A stretch of 64,000 nt of DNA from Nanobdellota archaeon (GTDB lineage Archaea > Nanobdellota > Nanobdellia > Woesearchaeales > DATDXC01): NCBI GenBank assembly GCA_043818675.1, contig JBDRFR010000069.1, positions 14,877-78,876 of the forward strand. The letters run 5' to 3'. The notes beneath the pieces are model-generated. The model was not told the DNA's origin. It saw nothing but the letters and a program-made list of their open reading frames with translations, and made no database searches. Positions 31,501 through 43,500 of this stretch are shown here, one piece after another; the first letter of the stretch is position 1; each line of letters begins with the position of its first letter. The position numbers were made by a program, and so were the translations under genes.

Positions 31501-34500
31501 GGCGGATTGGCAGAATTCAATGTCTACCCGACAAACATACTATACAGCTCTTACACAACAAAAGGCGACAGTATCCATTGTACGATAACAGCCATGTTAG
31601 ACGATATTAATGCAACCACGTACACAACAAAATCCAGGTACAGGATTTTTACTAATCAAAGCGATTTCATAGGCGGAACATTAGTTAACACCTCTATTAC
31701 TCACCAGCCCGGCAATATCACGCTATACCCTAACTCAACAGGCAACTATTCAAACACAACAGGATACTACATTTCACCTTCCATTGATTTCCAAAGATTA
31801 TCACCCTCCATCTCGACGATAAGCTGGAACGGTTCAGATACAGGCATCAGTATCCAGACAAGGGTTTCAGCTGACAACAGCACCTGGTCAGAATGGCAAG
31901 GGCCGCAATTGACAAACAGCCCAAATATTTTGGCGCTTATGCATTTCAATGACGCTAACACCACAGTGAACAACGACCTGCCATTGTCAGGCAATTTCAG
32001 TTATAAACAGGCCAAATGGAACAATGGATTATTGATAAATCACACAAGCTATATTAGTTACAATACAAGCTTGTTGAACTATTCAACAGGCACGATCGCT
32101 TTCTGGCTAAAGCCTCTTGCCAATTTACAAGAAGGTTACCTGTTCGACACAGCATACAATGTAAGCATCAACCGAATCTCCTTATACCTTGAAAACTCTG
32201 TTTTATTCTTTAGGATCAGGGACAGTAATGACCGCGACCATATTGTTAACACTACGGTTGACTTCCAGGAAAATGTATGGCAGCATTTAGCAGTAACCTG
32301 GAACTTAACTAACATGTCAATTTACGTAAACAATACTTTGTTCACATCAAACATCAGGTCAAATGAGATCAAAAATGATAGTAACACTCTTCTTTTAGAA
32401 AGATTTGAAGCAGGATCAAAAATACAGAATAATGGCGGCATTTTACAGGGCAGCCTGGTTGATGGTAAATACAGTAATGGGTTTTTATCAGCAAATACAG
32501 GAGACGTTATCAATTATTCCACAACAAACCTTAACATCACAAAAGGCACTATTGAATTCTGGCTGAAACTTCAAAACTCTTTAGACTCAAAAACTTACTA
32601 TTTGTTTGACACTGCGTATAATGACAGTATTGACAGGTTATCAATCTATTTAGAAAATTCAAAACTTAATTTCCTGATAAGGGATAAAGATGACCGCGAC
32701 CATTTGATTAACGCAAGCGTTAATTTCCAGGATGACATTTGGTATTCAATAGCTGCTGCATGGAACCAAACTAATATGAGCTTATACATCAATAATAGTT
32801 ATCAGGCAGGTGATTATAGAAGCACTGAAGTAGCTAACGATTCTGATACCTTACTGATAGAAAGGTTTGAATCAATCAATAAGATAGACACTAACGGCGG
32901 CAGTTTTAAAGGCAGCCTTACCGATGGCAAACATGATAAAGGCTTCTTATCAGCTATAAGCGGAGACGTAATCAATTATTCCACAACAAACCTTAACATC
33001 ACAAAAGGCACTATTGAGTTCTGGCTAAAACTTCAAAACACCTTAGATTCAAAAACTTACTATTTATTTGATACTGCTTATAATGACAGTATTGAAAGGC
33101 TGTCAATCTACCTGGAAAACTCAAAACTTAATTTCCTGATAAGGGACAAGGACGACCGTGACCATTTGATCAACGTAAGTGCAGATTTCCAGGCAGGTGT
33201 TTGGTATTCAATAGCTGCTGCATGGAACCAGACAAACATGAGCTTATACATAAATAACAGCTATCAGGCAGGCGATTATAAAAGTACTGAGATAAAAAAT
33301 GACACAAGCACATTGCTCTTAGAAAGGTTTGAATCAATAGCTAAAATAACAGCTAATAACGGTTATGTTTCAAGCGGCGTAAATCTCACCCAGGGCAGGC
33401 ACAGTAAAGGAATGATCACCGACAGACCAGGCGAATTTGTAAATTATTCTAGTGATTATTTCAACCGCACCAAAGGCACTATCGAATTCTGGATTAAACC
33501 TGTTTGGCCAGGAACTGCTGATAAAACTGATTATTTCTTTGACCAGGGCAGCGGTTCACAAGCAAACAGGATGTTTATTTCAAAAGGCAGTGATCCGGCA
33601 AGCGAATTAAGCATATCAAACTCAAGCATAGTATTTGCCATTTTTGACGGTGCAGGAACATCTCATTATGTAAGTTCTGATATTAGTTCATGGCAATCTT
33701 CGGAATGGCACTCAGTTGCAGCAGTTTACAATTTCACTGGATCATCTTCCTACATGGCTTTATATGTTGACAACGTTTTGCAGGACAACACCCCGACAAA
33801 TCCAGGCGCCTTCACACTCAGCGCAAAATCCATTTTATACATTGGTTCAAACAGGCTAAAGGATCATTATTCAAATGCCACAATTGACTCTTTAAGGATT
33901 TCAAACAACCCAAGGTCAAACTTCAGCTATATTTACGCTGACGATACTATTCCGATTAGTAATAAAGCAGCCTTACAGCATATTGGCAATAGTTATAATT
34001 TAAGTTATCCAGCTAATGCAACAATTGACTCCTTTAGAATATCAAACATACAAAGAACAGGCTTTAGCTATATCTACGCAGATACAATACCATTGCTTAA
34101 CAAAGCAGCCTTATTGCATATTGGCAATAGTTACAATCTAAGTTATCCAGCTAATGCAACTATTGACTCTTTAAGGATATCAAACACACAAAGAACAGAC
34201 TTTAGCTATATTTACCCAGGTGACACACTTCCGATGTCTTCCAAAGCAAAAGAGTTTTTCATAGGCACAAACTACACAAAACACCAGCAGATAAACTCCA
34301 CTATTGATGAGTTTGTAATATACAACAGTATTCAAGATATAGGCGACATTTATCAGACATCGCATACAGCTTTCCAGGGCACTGTTCCCACGCCGCACCT
34401 TAGGTTTTTACAGTACAAGATTAACTTCCAAACAAACTTCACTAACCAAACACCAATCCTTGAAAAGCTGACTATTCAGCAGGATGATTTCCCTATCATT

Positions 34501-37500
34501 ATCAAAAACAAGGCTCCGACAGCCCCTTCCTTATTAACCCCTGCTGATAATAATTGGCTTACGACAGCCACACCTCTGCTAAACTGGACAGAAAGTATCG
34601 ACGTTGACAACGATATTGTTTATTATAATTTATTGATTGACGATGATAGTGATTTCTTAACACCCTATATTGAAAAGGCCAATCCCGGCTTTAATTTAAC
34701 TGACAGTAATTATACAATTAACAGCTCAGAAGCACTCGAGCAATCAACCTATTATTGGAAAGTTAGGGCATTTGATTTGGACAACGCTGATCAGCCCGGC
34801 GAATCAAACGCATCGTCGTTTTCCCAGACTTTCACACTAAGCGTTGATTCTGTTTATCCTAAGATATTCAATGAATCCAAAAGTCCTGATGGCTTTATCT
34901 ATGAGATTTACAACGTAACATTTTTCGTTAACGTATCAGAGTCAAACATTTTGAACGTGACATTAGAAGCTAACTGGTCAAGTGCAATGGTTAATTATAC
35001 AGTCAATAATTATACTGGCACAGGTTCTAACAGGAGGTATAATTATACTGTAAGTAGCACAGAGCTTAGTGCACTTGAGCTTGTCATGTGGCGGTTCTAT
35101 GTAACAGACTCTTCCGGCTCGGTCAATAGAACCCCTCAGCATAACTTCACTGTCCAGCCGGCTGTTGATCTGAACTTATCAGGCATAACACCGCCTGATA
35201 TTATCTATTCCAATCTGACCAGGTTTAATGTTACAATTTTTAACCAAGGCGACGGTGCCGCATCGAATATTAATGTAAGCTGCTATGTTAATGATACGTT
35301 CATTGACAGTTACATTATATCAACAATTGACGGCTTATCCCAAAACAGTTCATATTGCAGCTATACAGCTGTTTTTGGCACAAGTTTCATTCTCGATGCA
35401 ACTGTTGACCCAGCTAACACTATCCCTGAATCAAACGAACTTAATAATGATGGCAACATATCATTTAGTGTCCTGCAAAAAACAGGCATGTCTGCTTATG
35501 ACCAGGAAGACGACGATGAAGATAACGCAGGATGGTTATCTGAGCACGAGACTGCCCCGCTGCAGATGACCTACTACTTTGTAAATTATACAAGCGATCT
35601 GGACAACTCTGCCATTTCTGACGGCATTTGCACAATCTACCTGAACAATTCCGCGATACAGATGACTTATAATTCCAGCGCAGGGTTATATTATTACAAC
35701 CGTTCCTGGGCATTTGCCGGAAGCAACGACTGGAACATAACCTGCAAAAAACCCTTGTATGAAAACAAGACCTATATTTCAGAGACCTATGTCAGGATCT
35801 TATTAAGAAACGCATCAGCTATCGGTTTAACTACACTAACAAGGCACCTAAACCCAGCCGATCCTGTTAATATAACAGTTACTGTCCCAAATCAGAACAT
35901 TCTCTTAAACCTTAGCAGTGTCTGGACAGAGATCATAAAGCCTGACGGGTATAAAGAAAACCTATCGATGAGTGGCGAGCCTTCTGGTGGAATTTACAAT
36001 TTAACATTCAGGAACACTTCCCTGGTCGGAACATACACTGCTAAGTTCTTTGCCAATTTAACTGACGGGTTCAAAGGTGTTGAAACAGCTCGGACTAATT
36101 TCTCTGTTGAAAATATAAGTATGCCGATCTATCTGAACAAATCCAGGATTAATGTTAGCGAACATGTAAAGATATACGGAAAAGCAAGAAGATTTAACAA
36201 CAGCAACTATTTCAATATAACAGGCACAAACCTGTCAATCTGGCAGGATGGTATATTTAACGCAACTGTTATAACTAATTCCACTGCTGATTTTAATAAG
36301 ACAATCATATTTAAGATAGCAGGCACAAGGACTATCAAAGTTAACATTACATCAGCTGAAGGCATATACGGCAATAACCAAACTTCATTAATTGTCAATA
36401 TTCCCCTGCGAAACATTTCAGCAAGAGGTATTACAACAAACACCCGATATGTTAATTATAATGAGACTGTAAATTTATCTATCACTATTCCCACTGAAAA
36501 CATTGGCTCTGCAGATCTTAGCAGTGTTTGGGCAGAAATTACAAAACCCGATTCAAGAAAAGTCAACATAAGCTTATCAGGATCTAGTCAAGGTGGTGTT
36601 TGGAATACCACATTTACTAATAATACATTGCTTGGTACATATACTGTCAGGTATTATGCAAACTTATCAGACGGATTCCGGTACGTAGAACAGGCTATAA
36701 CAAACTATTCGGTGGAGAATATCTCGTTATCGATATATCTTAACAAATCCGTAATCAACAACACTGAAACTATAAAAGTTTACGGAAAAGCCAGACGGCA
36801 CAACGGTTCCAGCTACTTCAATATAACCGGAACAACAATATATATTTGGCAGGATAATGTTTCAAACGGTTCCATAATTACGAATACATCTGGAGATTAT
36901 AACACCACAATTTCCTCATATGTTGCAGGCATAAGGCACCTAAAAGTCAATATTACAACACAAGAAGGATTATACAGTTACAATCTAACAACTTTAAATA
37001 TTAGCATACCGCTTCGTAATAAACAGGCATTAGGTCTTACTACTGATACTAACATGATCCATTACGATGAAGAAGTCAACATCTCAATCAATATACCCTT
37101 GGAATACATAGGAAACGATGAATTAGATAGTATCTGGGCAGAAATTACAAAACCTGACTCCAGAAAAATTAACATAAGCTTTTCAGGATTGAGCACTGGC
37201 GGTATTTGGAACGCATCATTTGATAACACCACGGTTTTAGGCAGATATACTATAAGATATTATGCTAATTTATCGAGTGGTTTTTCTATAACTGAAACAT
37301 CGATTACAAATTTCACCGCAGCTAACATTTCTATTTCGCTTGTGCTAAGCAGGTCAATCCTAAACACAACAAACAACTTAACAGTCAGTGGTAAAGCAAT
37401 AATCTTCAATGGGTCAGTGGCTCAAAATGTAACAGACAGAAACGTTACAGTATTTTTGGGAGGTATACTAGTATCTAACGCAACAACTGACTCTTATGGC

Positions 37501-40500
37501 AATTATAATACAACTTTTTCAGTGCCTACGACAAACCTGGGTGCTGTAATTATAAAAGTTAACATCACTTCAGCTGACAACCTCTATGCATCAAACCAGT
37601 CCGCAGTCACTTTATGGGCTGAAACCATTTTAAATTACACAGCGTCTGCTGATTATTCTGGCACTGTAACAAACTTCACTGTTACAGCCAATTTTGTGCG
37701 TACAGATACAAACACATCTGTCCCCGGAACCTTCAATATTACTATACACAATAACAGCCTAAGATATTACAGGGACTGTAACGGAACTTTATGTATTAAT
37801 TCATTCCTTGTGCCTGGCAGCGTTATCTGGGGTAATTACAGCTTTAATATAACAGCGACTAACATATCTGGTTATTATCATAATGCTTCTGTAAATTTTA
37901 CAGCAATGTTAGAATATAAGAGCACCACTGCTTCGGTCCTTAACTCTAAAAACAAGACTATCATTGATTTTGCAACAGGTTCAACTTATGTATACTATCA
38001 TAACATTACAATTGTCAATTTAGGCAATGCAACAATGAACAATGCTTACGCTCTTGCTGACTTATCCGATCTGGATTTTGATTCTATTGTTAACACCTCA
38101 AGCTGCGGCAATATTCCCCCTAAAAGCAGCTGCAACCAGTCGTTTGCCTTAACTCTTAATTCAAACTCCGAACCTGACGTAAAACTTATCATTTGGAGGG
38201 TAAACCACACCAATAACGACGGCTCGTACTCAAAATCTTCAAATTCTGTCAGGATGACCACCACAATTGTTGGCGCAGTCATAATGGACACATCCACTGG
38301 TTTGATTGACCAGGACATAGAACATGGCCAGTCAGTTAGTTCAGGTTTTGCAATTCAAAGTAATGGTAATCTGGTCCTAAGCAGTGTTGCTGTAGAGCTT
38401 ATAAACGACACTATGCCAAGCTCTTGGTTTAGCTTCACCGGTTCTACGAGTTTTGGCACGATCCCGGCAGGCCAGACAGGCACGGTTACATACTCAATTA
38501 CTATCCCAGAACATTACGCTCCTGGCACATATAATGCAACCATAAACGTAACTGCATCAAACCATAATGAAACATACATTAAGGTCAACATTACCGTTCC
38601 TCTAAATGGCACATGGATTATCAGCGGGGATATCGGTAAGACCACAAATTTCACCCAGAATCTTAATGGCACTGTTGGCAATCTTACGCTCAGCAATCTG
38701 GGCAATATTGAGATGAATTTCAGCATATCCTACTTGCCTGGCGGAAGCAGGCTATACACTGATTTTGGCAGTGATTTATTCCAGGAAAACCAAGCTGGGT
38801 ACAATCCCACCTGGCTGAATATACCAAAAAATACAAGCAGGAATCTCAGCATTTTCCAGAAAAGCTGGTCAAGCAGCTTATCAGATGTTGGCATTAACAT
38901 TTCCATCATTAATTTAAGCGGCACCCCTACAAACAGGAGCATCTATATGGTGTTTAATATTAAAGATGATCCACCTGTTGTTGAAGCCATGTTTTACCTT
39001 GTAAACAATTCCGTCCAGAATTACACTGAATTTAACAAGTCTATTACCATAAAAGCAACTGTAACTGACGACATTGATATTGAACATACCACAAGCAACT
39101 CATATTTCAATGTTAGCTACTATGGAGATTATACAGTTATCAACGCTTCATTTACCGAGTACAGGTACGATAGCGGTTATAAGGAGATAAATTTCACAGC
39201 TAACTTCACACCCACAACGATAGGAGCCCACAATGTCACATTAACTGTCAAAGACAGCGCTTCCCAGATTACAAGATATTCAGGCTACAATTTCACCTCA
39301 ATCGGCAACACTTCCGTCAATATTACATTTAATCTATCAGTCGCCCAAATAACCCAAATAACCCAAAGATTAAGCAAGAATATTACAGTTAATATCACAA
39401 TCAAAAATACTGGATTTGTAAAAGCATATTATAACAATTTAACATGGATTTTACCTTCGGGGTGGTCGATTTATCCAACATTTGACTATTTATCAAGCAT
39501 ATCTTCCGGTGCATCAAAATCAAAGCTTTTCAACTTATCAATCCCTATAGCTACCAGTCCAGGATTATATACAATAACGGCAATCACTAACTGGACAAAT
39601 CCGATAAAAACAAGAAATAGCACTACTGAAACCTTCAGGATAAATGTAACATCCAATAAAATCCTGAATTTAACCATTAACAATAAGACAATAACAATAA
39701 ATCATAGCTCTCAGCGGTCGTATGTGTTTGGTGTGAATGCTACAGGAAATGATAATTTGACCAATGTAAATATAAGTTGTATATCCGGTGAGGTATGCAA
39801 TTTCACAATATCCTATAATAATTCCTTATTTAACGTTAGTGCTGGTTCAGTTATTTATGTAAACACTACAATTACTGTCCCGGAATATCAGGCTCCGGCC
39901 AACTACACCGGAATCTTCAATGTTTCCACAAACAGCTCAAACTCAAAGACTATAAATTTAACAGTGGAAGTGCCTGCTGACGAAACATGGAATATTAGCA
40001 TAGCCACTATTTCAAAAAGTGTCGGCGCTTTAAACTCAGGTATTGTCAGCAAATTCAACATAACAAACAATGGCAACATTATGATAGGTTTCAAGCTTAA
40101 CACCACGAACAACACTATTATTAGTCTTAACGCAACCAGTATAACCGTCCAAAAAAACAGTACAAGTGAAGTATTGATAAGTTACAGCTCACCACAACAG
40201 GCAGCTGATTATATAATCGTTATTATGATCACTAATAATTCTCTGTCGCAAAGGCAGCGCAATTTAACAATTAATCTAACTGTACTTCAGTTCCAGGTAA
40301 ACATAACTTATCCATTAAATATATCTCCGTTAACTAACATTACAGCAAACCAAAACATAACAATAAACGCCACAGCCTATTATATCAATGAAAGCTTGTC
40401 TGAAAATGTGACATGGGCTGTTAAATTTAATGATAGTGTATGCAATGTTTACAATTATACGTACATTAACAGCGTATGGCAGGTCAGGTGCACAACCCCT

Positions 40501-43500
40501 GACATAGACGACGGCAAATACTATTATCTTAAGCTCACTGCTAATTATACAACCTTAAACAATGCATTGACTGACACTGAACCCAACGCTATTTTATACC
40601 GTGACGTCACCGCTCCAACCATCATTTCAAAGAATAAGAAGAACATTGCGCCAGGTAGTGACGTGAACCTAACATTAAACATTACTGACAATGTTAATGT
40701 TTCAACTGTCATTGCTCAGCTGACCTATCCAAATATCACAGGCAATATATCCACCATAATTAATTATACAGCCTCCTATACAAACGGATTATATATTATC
40801 AGCTTATATGATTTGGTCCATATAGGCGATTATGATATTACATACTATATTAATGATACAACAGGCAATTCCCTAACCGACACAGACAATTTCGAGGTTT
40901 ATTTGATAAAACCCAGATTTTCCGGAACCATATCTGACTATCAGGGTAATGGTGTGCCATCTTTTTGGGAATTTTATAGGTCAAACACCTCTACCCTTCT
41001 CACGAATATAACGACTAACTCAACAGGAAGATACAATAGCGGAGATATTCATAACCGGACTTATGACCTTAGAATTAGCGCTCTTGGCCATAAAATAATC
41101 ATTAAAAATCTGAACTTCACAACAATTAAAAATGACGCAATAGACCTTGATTTGATTATTGGCACTGACATTGACACAATTATTACTAACTACAGGCCGT
41201 TAAAAGGTATCGGTGTTAATACAACCTTTAATGTAAGCTATGTCAACTTCACGATTAATTATAGCGGCACAAGTCCTGTATCAGAAACAGGCATAAAGAT
41301 TTTTAGATGTTCAAACTGGTCTTATAAGGTCAGAATTTGCGATAACACCTGGACAGAATTAAACAGCACTGTTTATGTTAGCAGGGATATAGTAATCGCT
41401 TCTTCTTCAGGATTTTCTGCATATATAGCTGCCGAGCTAAAATGCGGCAACGGCATATGCGAAGAGATATACGGTGAAACTTCAGCAAACTGCGCAGCTG
41501 ACTGCATAACAGCCCAGGGTCCAGCTTCAATTTCTGTTAGCAGCGGTGGTGGCGGTGGTGGCGGTGGCGGAGGCAGCGGACTGTCAAAAGAAGACTTAAG
41601 AGCTGAATTAGAAGCATTAAACTTGCTAAACATTACTGATAAGATTGAAGATATTGTCAAAGCCACAAAAAAACTGGCAGGTGTAGAAATGGCGACCACC
41701 TCGATATATAAGGAGCTTTTCCCAAAAGAAGACGCCTCAGCAAGGATTAGGATGCGAAACACTCTCGATACCAACATCAGATTAAACACCAAAGTTGAAG
41801 GCGCTGTAAAAGATTTTGTATTCTTTGAAAATTATGCAGTAACTCTTTCAGGCGGTGAAGAAAAAGACATTATAGTAAGAATAACCATCCCGCAGTTTAC
41901 AAAACCTGGATCATACGATGGTGACATTATTTTAATGCGTGACAATGAAGAGGTCAGGATCCCGACGACCATTAGAGTTTTACAGGAAGAAGGAAAACTT
42001 TTAGACGTCAAAATCCAGCCGTTAGTAGACTCAATCTCGCCTGGCGAAACTCTGCTTCTTCGAACAGACTTGATAAACCTTGGTAAGACTAAACGTGTGG
42101 ATGTCCAGTTTAAGCTGCAATTAACCGACCCCAGGACAGGTGAAATACTAAAAGAAACAGAAGAGGCATTTGCAATCGAGACATCACTAACAACAACAAA
42201 AGAACTTGAGATTCCAAAAGAGATCAAATTAGGCAAATATTTAGTTCAGGGCACTGCATATTATAGCAGTCTTGAAGACCGTAATCAGGAAGCAGTATCT
42301 ATTGCAACCATAAACATCCAGCAGCCATTTTTAGAAAGGGAATTTTTAGGCATTAAGAATGAAAGTTATATGTTCGGATTTATTATAGCTTTAGCATTGA
42401 TTGCACTGTTTATTTTCTACACATATAAGCAGAAAAAGAAGAAACGGTACATTAAGGTAATAGATCTTAAAACTTTGCCAAAACCCGGAAAGAATTCTGG
42501 ATTTATCGGTAAGATAGCAGAAACAGGCATTAGGACTTTCATTGACATTAACAAGCTTCAGACACATACACTTATAGCTGGCGCAACAGGCAGCGGTAAA
42601 ACAATAGCTATCCAGGACATTATCGAAGAGTCTCTTTTAAAAGGCATCAGTGTGATAGTCTTTGATCCTACTGCTCAATGGACCGGCTTTTTAAGAAAGT
42701 GTAAACAGCCGTCTATGTTAAAACGCTACAGTTATTTTGACATGAAGCCAAAAGACGCAAAAGCTTTCAAAGGCAACATCAGGACCATTACAAATCCGCG
42801 TGAGATTATTGAAATTAAGCAATTCATGGCTTCAGGTGAGATCACAATCTTTAACACAAGCAATCTCGAGCCAAAAGAGATGGACATTGTAGTAGCATCG
42901 ACTGTCCAGCAAATATTCAAGGCAAACCTAGAGGAAAGCCCTGACCTAAAAACTCTGATAGTCTATGACGAAGTTCACCGGCTGCTTCCAAAATTCGGCG
43001 GCAGCGGCAAAGGCTTTATACAGGTTGAAAGAGGCGTTAGAGAATTCAGGAAATGGGGTGTTGGCATTGTATTGATAAGCCAGGTGCTCAGCGACTTCAT
43101 CGGTGAGATCAAAGCTAATATAGGCACAGAGATCCAGTTAAGGACCCGTTACGAAAACGATCTCGAAAGGATCAGCATGAAATACGGTGAAGATATTCAA
43201 AAATCTATTGTAAAGGCCGCTGTAGGAACAGGTATGATCGTCAATGCTGAATATAACCATGGCCGCCCATATTTCGTCAGTTTCCGGCCAATACTTCATT
43301 CAATAACAAAAATAAATGACAAAGACCTTGCTAGTTATACACAATACGCAAAACGCACAGAGGATATTACTTACCAGCTTGAACAATTAAAACTTTTAAA
43401 TGTTGACATATTTGATTTAGAATTAGAGCTGAAGTTGTCCGATAGTAAAATTCGTTCCGGCCAGTTTGAAATGGTCGAGATTTACCTAAAATCTCTTGAG

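Noticed and set aside
9226-37620. Regularly spaced nucleotide repeats that could superficially suggest a CRISPR array or satellite.
   Set aside because: Periods are 138 nt to 2.6 kb. All repeats are in frame within one ORF and translate to conserved protein domains. There are no short direct repeats separated by unique spacers.
41373-41792. 139-aa minus-strand ORF with a poly-Pro run.
   Set aside because: The Pro run is simply the antisense of the Gly10 GGT/GGC tract of the giant gene. There is no other support.
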